NCBI GenBank assembly: GCA_021613535.1
Contig: CP075497.1
Span: forward strand, 7,998,001-8,062,000
DNA: 64,000 nucleotides
Origin: Adineta vaga
Taxonomy: Eukaryota > Animalia > Rotifera
Direction of reading: 5' to 3'
The position numbers were made by a program, and so were the translations under genes. The stretch's first letter is position 1. Every line of letters starts with the position of its first letter. Shown in pieces: positions 1-13,900 of the stretch. The notes below the pieces were generated by a model that was given only the letters and a program-made list of their open reading frames with translations, was not told the DNA's origin and made no database searches.

Positions 1-2726
1 AAAGAAGAAAAAAAACCATTATGAAATAGAAGAATTAAACTTTCGCTTCTTACGTTCGAGCATCAATTAAAACAATTAAATTATCTCGAGCAGATACTAA
101 TAAATAATTATCACCTGGCGAATAAGTGACACTATTTAATGGAATATTCTATTCAAATAAAAGATTATTCTTTTTTCATTAAAAACAAAAAAAAAGAAAT
201 TTCTTCTTACTTGTAATTCACCAAAATCTAAATTTGAACCTAATGTCCAACTATCAGCAAATACTAAAAAGAATAAAGAAACGTCATTTCTATTTTTGAA
301 ACACTCAAATCGAATGTCATACTTTGAGATGTACTTGTTTCAGTCGGTAATCCATGCCATACTTTAATAGAACCAATACTATCAACCGATGCTAAACGTG
401 TACCATCTGGATTGAATGATAGACTGCTAATATATCCTAAGTGATCAGCCATTGTTCGAATTACCTAGAAGAAAAATGTATCTAATTGAGAATAAAGAAG
501 AAAAAAAACTAAATAAATTTACGTGTCCATGTTTTTTGTCAATGTTCCATATACGAATCAATTTATCATAACCAGCAGTGACAATAATATTTCCAACAAA
601 TGGATGAAAACGAACACAATAAACATAACTTGGATGTGCTAATGATCTCCATGGTTTTCGTTCAGTTTGTTCGAAATTCCAAATTCTAAAAGAAATCAAA
701 TAACACTGAGATCTCACTGATTATTTGATTGAAATTGAATCTTACTTGACAGATGAATCAGCTGATGCTGATGCTAAATAACAATCCGATCGACTCCAAT
801 CTAAATCATAAATCATTTGTAAATGTCCAGTAAATACAGCGACACGTTGTCCACGTGGAATCTAAATAAGATGATTTTGTACAAGAGAGAGTAACACGTT
901 GAAGAAATAAATATACTTCAAAAACAGAAATTAAATTATTCTGTTGTAATTTATTCACTTCTGCACAAGCCAAAAAATATCCATTGTGTGAAAAACGTAT
1001 TGCTGAACAACCACGATCACTTGTATTTAATGAAAGTAAAGATTCAGTAGGAATTTTACATTTTGAATTTGGTAATTTTTGCCATCGTGGTGGTAATTGT
1101 GCAACACGTTGCAATGGACCCATCATTTCATTATTTAAATCCATTTGTTGAGTTTCTGTGAGATGATTTGTTGAACCATCTGGATTATGTCTATTTGAAG
1201 AGAAAAGAGACAAGAATAGTTCTCTTCAATGAAATCAGTTTTATTTTACTCTGCAAGGTCACGTTTTATTTGTTGATATTCATTTCGCATTTGTTCGATA
1301 CCACCATCTAATGCTGATCGAATACCTGGATTAAAATGATTTGGAATATTCAATGGTTTGATCGTCACATAAAGTGTTGAAGGATATTTTATACGAGACA
1401 TATGATTATACCATAGGATAACCTTAAGAAAATGAAAAATCAATCAAAATAGATTTCTTTCTGTTATGATTTATTTACATCAGGTGTTAATGCAGAACCA
1501 CGAAGTTGTTCAATTGGTTGCCAAAGTTGTAAACGAATCATTCGTTCAGTATTAAGTGTATTTCGTGCACCAATTACCTAATTGATAAGTATATTTCATT
1601 ACGGAGAACAATGTACTAAGTTAATTTACTTTTAAAAATGCCCATGCAATTGGAAATGTATTTGATAAATCATTAATATTCTGTTGATTAGTAACAAATT
1701 CTAAAATCTACAAAAATAATTCATCATTTCAATTGACTAGATTTCAATTTGAATATATACTTCAAAGAAAATACAAATATTCTGTTGTTGAGCTACAGTA
1801 AAATGTGTATATTCTTCATTGATAATTAACATTTGTTCCCATGATGGAATAGTTGAACTAATTGAAAATAATTTATTTGAAAATCTTCAAAAAATATAGT
1901 TTACCGATTGGCATGAAAATCATAAGGTTGTGTAGATATAGCTGGAATATGATCTGTTGTTGCTTGTTCATTTTGAATATGATAACGAAGGACTAAACGA
2001 TTTCTATATGAAATGAGAAAACAAAAGATTGTTAATTGTAAATATTCTTAGTATTAATCGTTCAACATACGGATCAGTTTTTCGTACATATGACCTTGTA
2101 CTAAGATCAACTAAATGAACGCGTATAAATGGATGTCGAAGTCGTAAATCTGTTCTTAAACGATCTGTTCGATGAATAACAATTCCTAAGATTTTATCTC
2201 GTCCATGATCAATCGTTGTTTCTGTTTCGGAATGTGCACCTTTCGATGTTGTACGTCGTTGTCGACGACGACTTCCACTTCGTTTTCTTTCTGTCATTTC
2301 AATATCTTCGCCTTCACGTGCTTTGAATGTTTTCTTTTTTCGTGTTGGTTTCGTTTCATGTTCTATCGTAACACTTGTTGAATTATCCAACGGAGGTAAA
2401 TCTGGACTTTTTGGTGATAATCTACGTTGACGATGAGACGTTGGTGGTCGTAAATGACCATCTGGAACTGAAAAATCATGCAATAGAATTCACAATTAAA
2501 TCATCTTAGGAAAATAACCTTCACGTTTCGTTTCATCACCACTTGTTGTTCCTGAATTCGTTCGAATTTGACGACGAGCACGTCGTGCTCGTGACATTGT
2601 TTCATCTTTAATCAATCGTTCGTTATGACTATGATATTCAATTCCACTATCATGCTAGATAAAAATAAATAGATTATTTTCGATTTTGTCTTCATTTTCC
2701 TAACATACCGAGTCAGATTTGATCAT
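1..2726 (-). CDS. AHI1: Jouberin/AHI1 (ciliary transition-zone WD40 protein), multi-exon, 3' end runs off the window
   Basis: Exon ORFs give ILGIVIHRTDRLRTDLRLRHPFIRVHLVD (AHI1 C2-like region), then WD40 repeats: GCSAIRFSHNGYFLACA, HPSYVYCVRFHP...VTAGYDKLIRIW, HLGYISSLSFNPDGTRLASVDSIGSIKVW. Start ATG at 2726 lies in an 18-nt first exon (MIKSDS|gtatg). Confidence 0.85.
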
Positions 2727-2813
2727 CTTTACGTTATTCTATTCTTCTTCTTCTGTATAATCCTTTAAAACTCTTTTTTATTTCTCATCATTGACAATGA
2801 ACGACAGAACAAT

Positions 2814-2826
2814 GTTTCTAAGCAAC
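2814..2826. promoter_or_regulatory. RFX X-box-like site upstream of AHI1
   Basis: GTTTCTAAGCAAC (reverse complement GTTGCTTAGAAAC), about 90 bp upstream of the AHI1 ATG. It fits the RFX palindromic consensus typical of ciliary genes. Confidence 0.6.
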
Positions 2827-2872
2827 ATCATATATTTATTCTTTTTTTTTTCATTCCTTCTAAACAACAATC

Positions 2873-3790
2873 TCAGATGTCTCTAGACAACAGATATCGA
2901 AGAATTTGTGAAAGTGCAGCTATTGCAACACTTGTTCGATGACTAAGACAATCATGAGACATTTGCATTTCTTCACGTTTATTCATATGAGTAATCGTAT
3001 CATTTCCATAACAACCTTCTTGAGGATGTTGCCAATCAATGATTGTTTGAAACCAATTCTTATTTTGAAAAAATTCTTTCCATCCAACTAAACCACCAAT
3101 AGCAATTTGTTCCATAAATAAATCACGATCTCTTTCTTGAAAATGTTCATTAGCAATCCGATGACTTTCTCTTAACATTTTCGCAATTAATCGATGTTCA
3201 TTCATAGATGATAATCGATGATGAAAACATTGAGATTTCTTTGCAATTATTGAATAAAGTATTTGATGAGTAAGTGAATATCGACATGCATATGGATCAC
3301 TCATCAGTTTCATACACGAGTTTGTTTCATTACATTTTGTATACATTAATGCATGAAGACATTGATCCGAATGTTTTTCAATAAATGGTGATGATGAACA
3401 ATTATCGTCAATATTCATTTCATTTCTATGTTGATGATAGTGAAATGGTACAATGTTTGAATACATATTCGACTTTAAAAGAAATGATACTTGTGTATAA
3501 TAATCAGGTTGACGTTCACGAACGGATTCAAGTATTTTCCAAGTAACATATTCACTTAAATTGACGAGATCTTTTATGGATTTACAATGTTTACACATTG
3601 TATATGATCGTAATTGATCAGCAGCCATACGTGTCCCAATACCTGCATCGAGATTGACTTCATTTATATGTAGAGAAAAGAAATTTAAAGCTCGTGTTAA
3701 TGTCTGAATAATTTGGTCAGTCAATACTGGTTGACCAGATAGAAAAGATGGAATAATTGTTAAGATTAGAGAGAAATGTAAGATTAACAT
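2873..3790 (-). CDS. Secreted UPF0764/C16orf89-like protein (intronless)
   Basis: Signal peptide MLILHFSLILTIIPSFLSG; family motifs YSLTHQILY, DLFMEQI, WQHPQEGCYG and CLSHRTSVAIAAL. Confidence 0.8.
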   Translation of the reverse strand: MLILHFSLILTIIPSFLSGQPVLTDQIIQTLTRALNFFSLHINEVNLDAGIGTRMAADQLRSYTMCKHCKSIKDLVNLSEYVTWKILESVRERQPDYYTQVSFLLKSNMYSNIVPFHYHQHRNEMNIDDNCSSSPFIEKHSDQCLHALMYTKCNETNSCMKLMSDPYACRYSLTHQILYSIIAKKSQCFHHRLSSMNEHRLIAKMLRESHRIANEHFQERDRDLFMEQIAIGGLVGWKEFFQNKNWFQTIIDWQHPQEGCYGNDTITHMNKREEMQMSHDCLSHRTSVAIAALSQILRYLLSRDI

Positions 3791-4050
3791 CCTATCTATT
3801 TCATTGATGATGAAGTAATGTTGATGAGAAAACAAAAATGTATCTCTATGGATTTCTTCAGATTATTATTATTATTCATAAGCTCATTTTGTAGGCGATG
3901 AAAAGAATCATTTCTTTCTTTAATTAAAACTCATCAAAAAGGAAAGAAATCATAATCTCGCTTTTCTTTTTTTCTTCTGCTATATTCTCAATTATCTATG
4001 CTAAATCATATTCATCCGGTGCTGGTAAATAGTCTATCAATGATCGTTTT

Positions 4051-4690
4051 TCATAAATATAAACAAATGCCACTAATATAAATGTATAAAAATCAGCCAA
4101 AACGAGTAAAATACTATAAAAAAACAAAAGATCAATTTACCATTTAATCTTTTGATCAAAAAATCTTTCTTTACCTAATAAATGGAATTAATTGAATCAA
4201 TTCAATCAATAATTTAACTTTCATACATGACATATCAACAAGATATTGTTCATTGGTATTTTCATGTAAACATATACATTGTTTCGTATTAAAATTCATA
4301 TTTAAAATATCTCGTGAACAATAATTAAAGAAATGTTGAATTTCAATCGATTGATATTTTGGAAGATGAATTACATTTAAAATATACCATAGATTTGAAC
4401 ATAGATGTAAGAATAATGTTAACAAAAATGGATAAAGAAAGACAAATGAATCTCGACGAAAACCACTAGATAAATGTTTAAAATAAATAAAATAAATCAA
4501 GTTTTTCGTTATCATACCTGATAAAGAAAAGACAAATGAAAATAGCTTGAATGATAATTAAAAATGGAAGATGTTGCCAATGTAAATTCAATAATGGATT
4601 GGATGTTAATATTGCTATAGTGAATTGTGCGCATGTACCAAGAAGAATATAAGCAAAGGATAATGTTAAAAGAAAAACAGCAGTAGTCAT
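4051..4690 (-). CDS. Uncharacterised four-transmembrane protein (~175 aa, 3 exons)
   Basis: Exons 4690-4518, 4465-4175 and 4114-4051 join in frame via GT-AG introns. Four hydrophobic segments, with a Cys-containing loop between TM3 and TM4. Confidence 0.6.
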
Positions 4691-5473
4691 TTGTTGAATA
4701 AAGAGAAGAGAAATCAGAAGAAGAAGAAAACGGAAGTTTGATTTGAGAAATCAAGTTATTTTTGTGAGAAGTTTTACTTGACAGAGAATAAGCTAAAAAC
4801 AGATATTGAGATTCTCTGATAGCGGGAATTTTTTCTTTTTTTTTCTTGTAATAGAAACTATGAATTGTAATCAGAAAAGATTCTGTTTCATGAATAAACA
4901 CAGATACACTGTGATTGTATGACAAGGTTAATTCATTTCGTAATAAATTTAATAAATCATTTGATTGATTTCTTTCAACGAATAAATAATTCTCTATTGG
5001 GAAAAAAAAGAACATCATTGCACCTCTACTCTTTGATCTAATCAAAAGATTACAAAATCGATCAAATCTTCTTCCCAAAGCAGAAAAAAAATGAATCACT
5101 GATATGTCATAATCATGACCAACAAAACTTGTTGTAATCTATTAAAATAAAACATCCTTCCGGCGAATCAAGCACTTAAGACATTTTTTGTCAGAAAAGC
5201 ACGACATTAAATCTATGTATAATGTCTACTTCTTTGCTGTTTTCTTTTTTGTTCATTGTTAATGGTTTGTTACTTAGTCGTTGTCTATCTTCATTGTCTA
5301 AAAGATAATTATTAACATCGAAGAGTGTCTCTTGTGAGTAAAGCAAAGTGTTGATTGAGGCACGCATCAGTAATTCTTCTTTCCATCATCTTCAATTACT
5401 ATCATTATTGTTTCTATTGTCCTTCTTTCGACAAGTATTTGACTGATACAATGTTCAGATTTACATTAGTTGT

Positions 5474-7104
5474 TTATTTTGATACATAACGATTATAAAT
5501 ATCTCGTGTTAGTGCATCTCCTTGTGATGAATGTGTTGCTGATGTTAATTGAAGAGGTTTCAATCGTTGAGTTGCAAGATATTTTTCACGATTTTTCGCT
5601 GATAAACCTGATAATTTCTTGTATTCATTCCAAAGTTCATTGACAACTTCACTTGTTAATAGATCACTAATATTTTCTGATATTAATCTTAGAATTAAAA
5701 CTCCATCAGCTGATAAATAATCAAAAATAAATCGTTTAACTAACATTTGCCGTTTAAATCGTTCTGTTTTTGAATATAAATTTAAATAATTCGCAACATA
5801 AGCATAATTAAAGTGACTAAAATTACTTCGAATAATTGTTAATAGAAGACTATTGAAATTTATAATCGTTAAAAAAACTAACCAAAACCAAATAATCGTA
5901 AAAATCTTCTCATTAAATACATTCATTGGTAATAAACATTGAACCTATGAAAACAAAAAATGATCATCATTTTCTCTTTTTACAAAACAAACGATTTTAC
6001 TGTATAAAGTGTTGGTTGACCAATTTTAATAATATTGAAATCACAATAGACACTTAATGGAAATATTCGTGTACCAATCACGTATTCTCCTCGCCGAAAA
6101 TTATCAATCACTTCTAATCCATAGAGAGAAGAATTTTTTGTTAATAACGTATTTAAACAGAATAATTGTAATGAGGAATTAATGAGAAAAAGTATTTTAA
6201 CAATAACAAATAGATTAGCAAGATAATATCCATGAACGGCATTACCCGTTGCAAAAAGAAATGGCATACAAAATATATGAAAAAATTTCATTACAGACGA
6301 AGGATTTGCTGTTGTATTCGATGAATTTGATGCACCACCAGGTTCAGTGGTAGTCATTCGATTGAAATCATGTTGTTTTGAACGAGCTAAAAGATTTAAC
6401 ATTGTTGTTATATGTTGAACTTTATATCGACTTGTTCGATAATCGAATTTCGGTGATAAACAATGTTGTATATTGATTCCACAACGAGAACTAAAACCAC
6501 TCCAAATCAAACGTGGAATGAGAAATAAAAGTGATTGTAGAGCAAGTAAAATTGGAATCCATTGATAATAATATATTGAACGACGACGACGTATATGTGC
6601 ATCATTTAATGTTGGAATTGATTCATTCATTGACATATAATAAGTATTTGTTACATAACAATAATGTCGAGTATATGAAACAAAATTACCTAGAAAGATA
6701 ATAATAATACATTGGAATAGAATGTCATGTTAGTTCAATCTATTTGTTTAATGAGAATACGATTTATCAATATTTTATGTGTTATCGTCTATTCTTTGTT
6801 TCAAAATGATCATTTGTAAATCTTTCAATGAATACAAAAGGATATTTGATTTGATTACATGAACGTTTTTATTTGATTAAATTCGGAATGAAAAATGATA
6901 ATCTTTACCTGTGAATTCACCTGGTGTCCAACATATGATTAAATCTGATATGAATAAACGTGAAGCGAGAATAGCAGAAAATATAAGTAATACAAAAACT
7001 GTATGACGATGATTGAGTCGATTACATGCATCATCATCAGGACAACCAAAAAAGGACACACGAAGATGTTTTAGTTCAGTTAAACGATGAACGACTTCAG
7101 TCAT
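5474..7104 (-). CDS. Innexin (invertebrate gap-junction protein)
   Basis: DDDACNRLNHRHT, ICWTPGEFT..YC, the YYQWIP signature, FPLSVYCDF, QCLLPMNVFNEKIF..IWFW and YLSADGVLILRLI. Confidence 0.95.
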
Positions 7105-7996
7105 TTAATGGAAAAATATAGATTTGAATATCTTGTTAAAATTTAACTTTGAATATTTTAATAAATACGATAAGAATAGTTTTTGAATGAATTACTGTTG
7201 ATTATAGATCATCTCGACACGATTATATATGTGCAATGAGTATGCTATCTATTTTATTTTTCTTCTTTTTCGTTCTTTCTCTCTCTCTCTCTGTCTGTCT
7301 CTGTTCCTCTTTCTTTCTTCTTTATGACAAAAGACAGAATGATGTTCTAGAGAGAAACAAAAGAATCGGGAGAGAGAAAGAAATGTTTAATCTCGAGTTA
7401 TTTACAATTACTTCCTTTTTTTTGTCCATCAGGTATTGATTAACAGATGAGAATGTCTCCAATCAAAAGAATTGCTGCTGTTCACTAACAATCACCTAGA
7501 GCCATGGATACTCTTTAAGATATATCCTTTATAAATGATGCTTTCATATCGTTATTTCTTTGTATATCTATTTCAATGTCTACGAGGTCGAGAAACAGAC
7601 ATTGACACATTTGATACAACAAAAAGATTTCTCCTTGTCGTTTGTATTCTAATCTATTAGAATAACATTCCGTTCAGAGAATGCATTCATGTCTTTCCCA
7701 AAAGCATGTCTATTAGTTCACTGGTTGTCTGAAAAAAGGCTTGAGAGATGGAAGGATGTTCTCTATTGTGTTATATTCATTATTATCTGAACATCGATGA
7801 TGGTGTTAGCGCATGAACACACACATACATGCAAGAGAAAGAAAGAAAAATATTGATGACCTCATGGAGAATGTGATTGTGATTTGTTCGCAAAAACAAT
7901 TTCCGTCGATTCAATTACAAGGTCGTCATCATACTGAATGTCTGGATTTTATTCACTGAAGAAACAACGAAAAATAAAAATGACAATAAGAGAACT

Positions 7997-10631
7997 TCAT
8001 AGAGCAATATTTGGTTCAGCAACAGGCATGTTAATCACAGCGGAGATTAATGGAGCAGTTGAATCACGTCGACAAACAAATACCTAAAAGAATGAATTGT
8101 TCAAGTGAATATAGTCTCGGAAATGGCTCGTTACTTTAATGACATCCGATATAACTTTGTCGGTAATGCAAGTAACAAATGTACAGAAACCATATTCAAT
8201 ACCACTGATAAGAATCGGAATCTGTAAGAAGAAGAAGAAGAAATAATTGTTGTTTTCATATTTATTTATTCAAGTATTCTTGAATAGACATAATCAAACC
8301 TCGATATAGTTAGGAGAAAGATTGTAAATATTCTCATCATATGTAAATGATAGAAATAGATCGATGATTGGTGTGAATATTGTCGATGAATTATTTTGAA
8401 GTTTAACAGTTAATTTAAATCGTGGACCAAGTCCATGAACTTCTGCATTGATACGTATAGCTTCGGTTTTCGTTTTGGCAACAGGATTTAAACCAGATTC
8501 AACAGATTTAAGAAATTCTTTACCAGTTAATAGTTTTAAACGAATTAAATCTTGGTGAAATATTCGATACATATCTAAATAAGAAAGAGAAAAATTAACA
8601 TTTGATTCAATTTTGTTAATTTACTTTCAGCTTGTTCTTTTTCACGTAATGTTTGATCAACATAAAGTTTTGTCCGTTTTGGAACATCAATTTTCACTTG
8701 TTGTTCTTTCGGAGGACCATGAAGAGTATCATTTTCTTCGAATGTAGCTGTACGTTTAAGAATTTTGATAATAATTCCACCATCTATATGATAAAATAAT
8801 CAAATAAAAGCATTCGATTTTTTTTCAATCATTTACTTTTTGTAATCATGACTAATGTTGCATCTTCACGTCCTAATTTACCAAACTTCATTGCATAAAT
8901 ATTTTCTTCAACTTGAATAACATCAACAAGAAATTTATCTTTATATAAATGTATTTCATTATTTGTTAATGCAACAGCCACAGCTTGAAAACCTTTCGGA
9001 CGATAATCAATTTGACACATAGCAGTGATTGAAGCTGGTAATATATGTTTCCAATAGCGTTTACCCTTTTCAGAAATTCAAATGAAAGTCAATTTTAGAT
9101 TTTCTTTTTCTTTAAATATACTTTAGTTGTATAACAATGTAAAGATGAATCCATACATCCAACAATAATATTTTTACCAAAACGTTCTAGACCAACAGCT
9201 ATGGAATTTAAATAAATAGCATTTCGTGGTGTTTCATTTCCTCTAAAAGTTGATAAATTCAACTAACTTTTTCTCTTAATAAAATCTTTTATTTACCTTC
9301 GAAAGAGATAGATATATCCATTTCGACAAGTAGCCAATATTCGAAATTCAACATCATAGACACCGGATACATCGAGAAACGTTGGTGTCGAAGGACAAGT
9401 CATCTAAAAAACATTATGAAAAATTGAATTAATCGATATATATATATATATATTCGTTTTTTTTACCGTTGCAAGAATTGTAAATGCTTCTGCTTCAATA
9501 ATATAAATATGTTGATCTTCAGTACCAATTACAAGACAATTCAATGCATCTTCATCAGCTGAATTTTTATTCAATTTTTTCATACATGTTACACAACTCT
9601 AGAAGTTAAACACAATAAAAAATAATATATGATTTTGATGAAATGAAATATTCTCTTCAATTACTTGTCGTTTTAATTCAATGTTTTTATAATGCTCAAC
9701 GAATTGAAATGCTTCATTACTATTTGTCATTTGTAGAAATCTTTGAAAATTTTGAAATAAATCAATTAGAAGAAAAAAATAATGTGATTGAAATTTACGT
9801 AAGTGATCGATATGTGAGAGGAATAATTCCAGCACGATGAAGATCATTGAGAACATCTTGCATTGCTCGAATATCTATATTTCCCTAAGAAAATAAAAAT
9901 CAATTATTTTAAATCTTTCTTAATTCTCGACAAACAAACCTCACGAGCTTTATGCCAAACGTCTTTTTCTACTTGAGCAATTTCCATTTGAGGTAATACA
10001 AATTTATAATAAGGACGTAATGATTTAAAAAGAAATACTGCCGAACCCGATGCTACTGCGAGAGCTAAACACAATCCATCACACACATATACATATATAC
10101 ATATCTATATTTTAGAAGAAAAATATGACTCTTACCTGGAATCCTCGGTTGAAGATTATCCATATAGCAAGCGACAACAGCACATGGTATGTCGGAGAGA
10201 TTATTTTCTTTCAATAACGAAAAATCTAAATAAATATTGTTGAAAAAAAAAGTATCAGTTCAATAGAATAAAATTTACTTTTAAAAACTTTCAATTTCGT
10301 TTGTAATTTGGGCATTAATAAGATATTTCCAAAATCCGCAATGACTAAATTAACCGATCCTTCTGCAAATAGATCTACAAGTTCGATACATGTTCCAACT
10401 GTATTGATTCCGGCAACAAAATCATTATGTGCTGATAGCCATTTACTTTTCGCATCGGAGCTAGAAAAGAAATTGACAAGTGTTGTTTAATTATTCAAAT
10501 GAAAATAAGAGAAGATCGTTTTACGCTGCAGTCGTTGGTCGAACAGTTTGATCATTTTCAGTTTCATTCGTATTTCCAGTTATTTCTTGATATTGTTTTG
10601 AAGCAGATTTATCTCTTTTACTTGATGACAT
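7997..10631 (-). CDS. BBS1: Bardet-Biedl syndrome 1 protein (BBSome), multi-exon
   Basis: [102 protein letters not shown]; ends [12 protein letters not shown]. Confidence 0.95.
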
Positions 10632-10694
10632 AATTATTTTGATTAGTAAAATTCTTTTTTCTTCGTTTCAAAGAGAACGTTGACTGCCATGGAA

Positions 10695-10788
10695 GATGAC
10701 ATGGCAACAATACAGACAGGTAATTCAGAGGTCGCTCATATCGTCGTATCTATAGTAACACAATTAGAGAAGAAAGTTCAATGGTAAC
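10695..10788. promoter_or_regulatory. Three X-box-like (RFX) motifs in the divergent BBS1/CEP152-like promoter
   Basis: GATGACATGGCAAC (10695-10708), GTATCTATAGTAAC (10746-10759, full GTHNYYATRRNAAC match) and GTTCAATGGTAAC (10776-10788). Confidence 0.75.
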
Positions 10789-10995
10789 GAGTCAAAATCG
10801 AGGTTAAAACGAAAGTAATTGATAGAAAATTTGTAATGTTTCGTTTTCTGTTACTCTTCAGACAAAGAAAACAAAATAAAAAAAAAGGAGATTTGTTTTT
10901 TGAGGTTTTATTTTTCATTTGATGTTGATTAATCGTTTTCTTTGATCGTCAATATTGTGCATGTAAATTCGAAAGTAGTTCGTAAGAAATTCAAC

Positions 10996-13900
10996 ATGGA
11001 ATATGATTCGAGTATTAGTATGATGTTACCAGATTCCATTGATCTTGTCGAAAATGATTTCGATAGCGAAGATATTGTTCATGAACAAACAAAACAAAAT
11101 GAAGTAAAAATCTCATTAGATTTTCATGTGCTTCTTTTCAATAATCAAACTTCTTTGTGCCCATTAGATCATTGAATTGATAATGGCTGCTTTTCAAGGA
11201 CATGATGAACCTACAGACGATGATGATGATGATGATTATGACGATGATGATACCGGATCTTTGAGTATATCTCAATCAAGTTATCATAGTACTAATGAGC
11301 AACAAATTCTATATGAGAATATGAATATCGTAGATGAAAATCATGTTTATCAACAGAATGAGTAAGATTATATTGATTGATAAGAAATTTTCATGCAAAA
11401 ATTGGTCTAGTTTATTGTACAAAATCAGAAAAGATTTCATTAACTTAAATAAACAATGTTGAAGTACTTTACTACAGACTTTTAAAATGTTTTTTTCTTA
11501 TGCAAAAATAAAGAAAACTTTCCAAGTGTTTGTTTAACTTCTATGAAATCGATTAAGAGAATAAGTATCGTTTGTATTTAGTTTTTATTGTCGCACGATC
11601 GATGAGATTTTAGGACATTTAACAACTAAGTTCACAAAATATCTAAGCTTGATAAATATAGAATTTCTTTGATATATGAACTAATTCATAGTATTTTGGA
11701 GTGAAATTCGAGAAGGTTTTTAAATATTTGTCAATATGTATGATTGTGAAAATATTATTCTCATAGTTGGTTTTTTGGACTTTGTCTTGAAAAAAAAATG
11801 ATAATGATTTCGACATTCTATTCTAAGTAGTTACTTATTTTTTTAACAAATTTTCTTTTTTTGTGATTAAGATCACTTTGTCGTAATCAACAAATTTTAC
11901 TTTCATCTCCAGTAATCTCAACCAAATCAGTATCTTCGAATCATCACGTAGGTTTGACTTATTTCCATTAATACATTTTATATTTCTCTATCTAATCAAT
12001 GGTACTGCTCAGTCGCCATATGATCAATACTTGAATCAGATAGAAAACAATTCAGTAAAAACAACCACTCTAAATCATTCATCTATCAATACACTTTCAC
12101 CTAATGAACAAGTACAAATTCAGTATCTCTATCATACATCACCAACGAAATTCCTGCATAATGCTGATAATCAATCCAATAAGCTTCGTTTATTATGTAC
12201 TGTAAAAGATCAGAAAGTCAATCAACTTGAAGTTCTCTGTGAAGAATATCGAAAGAAATATGAGAATGAAACACGAACACTTAAATATCAATTGAGTTTA
12301 TCTGAACGTAAGATTTGATCTTTGTTTTCATTGAAAGATATCTTTATTATTTGTTGATTTGATTGATAGAATCTAGATATGAATGTGAAAAACGATATCA
12401 ACAAATTGAAACTACTAAAATACAGGTACTATCGTTAAAGATCCTAATAAATGTTAGATCATTTGTCTTTTCTTTCTATTTGAATAGTTAGAGAAGAAAC
12501 TTTCAGAATCTGAATCATTGATCGGAACTTTAGAACAAAAAGGGAATAAATTACAACTTACACGTTCAAATCAAGATTCCAAGCTGCTCTTATGCACAAC
12601 ACGAGAAAAATATGAAGAAGAAATTTTGTCACTTAATGAAAAATTACAAAATATTCATATGAATCTACAAGAAAAGGTTGATTTAAAACAACAGAAAGAT
12701 GAAATTTCTTTCTTTTTTCTTGTTTATTTTTAGGCTGTTGAAAGTGATGAACTGCGTGCTCAATTAGAACTTGCATACAAGACTAACGATAAAGTAAAAC
12801 GATTAGAATTTGTTTTTGATTTCAAAAATATTTTCTTCAATGAATTTTCAGACTATATTCGAACAAGTGGAAACAATCGCTCATTTAACTGAAGAATTAC
12901 ATAATAGTCAACGTCAATATACTGATTTATTAGCGAAAAATTCTCTCGAATCATCCGCTCATAACGAATCAAAACGACAGTTAACACGCGTAACTGAAGA
13001 TAAAGATAAATTGGAACATAAATGTCAAGAATTGCAGGTATATAACTATTCAGCAACCTTTCTTATACTAACATTTTCGATAATTAGAATATGTCATCAA
13101 TACATTTAATCCTCTTTGAAGTTTGTTAGTATACATAGATATATTTATATTCCATTGACCTTTTCATGACTTTTCTCGGTAAAATTTCGTCAGTTTCATT
13201 TCAAAGTGTTTGTTTGTCATAAACGTTAGGTGTCTCTTTCTAACATTCATGTCTCACTACAAGTGTAAGATAAAAAAGCGACAAAATGCTATGATAACAG
13301 AAAGAGAAAAAGAAAGATTACCACAAAAAGCATAAGACTCAACCATGGTACTCATCACATGGGTAGGTAGTATAATTTGATATTTTTCGAAAAAAAGAGA
13401 AACATTGATTATTATTTTTTTATTTAGTCGGAAATTCGGACATTACGCGAATGTTCTTCGAAGGATGAAGAAGATATTGAAAATGTAATATTTGCTATTC
13501 AATCAATTCCTCTAAAAAATCTAGAGAACAATGAAACAAACAGTTCATTAGATGAAGCAATTATTCATGAAAATATACATTTAAAACAACGTATTGATGA
13601 ATTTGTTTTAAATGAACAACATTTGATTGCATTAAATGAAGATCTTCAACGAAAGATTCAAGGTCGTGAATATAAATCAAACCATCGTGAGCGTAGCGAT
13701 AGTTACAGTAGTACTAGTACTGATGAAACGGTAATAACAAAGAGTACTCCTACGGAACAAATACGAAATTTAACAAATCAAATTGAAAATTACAAAAGAG
13801 AATATGCTGATTTAGAAGAAAAATATGATTATGAAAAACATGAATTACAAACAATGATTGAACAATTACGTGAAGATGTTATTGATTTAGATAAAACGAA

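Noticed and set aside
4512-5099. 195-aa ORF and similar F/L/I-rich short ORFs (e.g. 7236-7439, 47219-47549, 55998-56322)
   Set aside because: They have non-ATG or weak starts and AT/CT low-complexity composition, and lie in UTR or promoter DNA or antisense to real exons.
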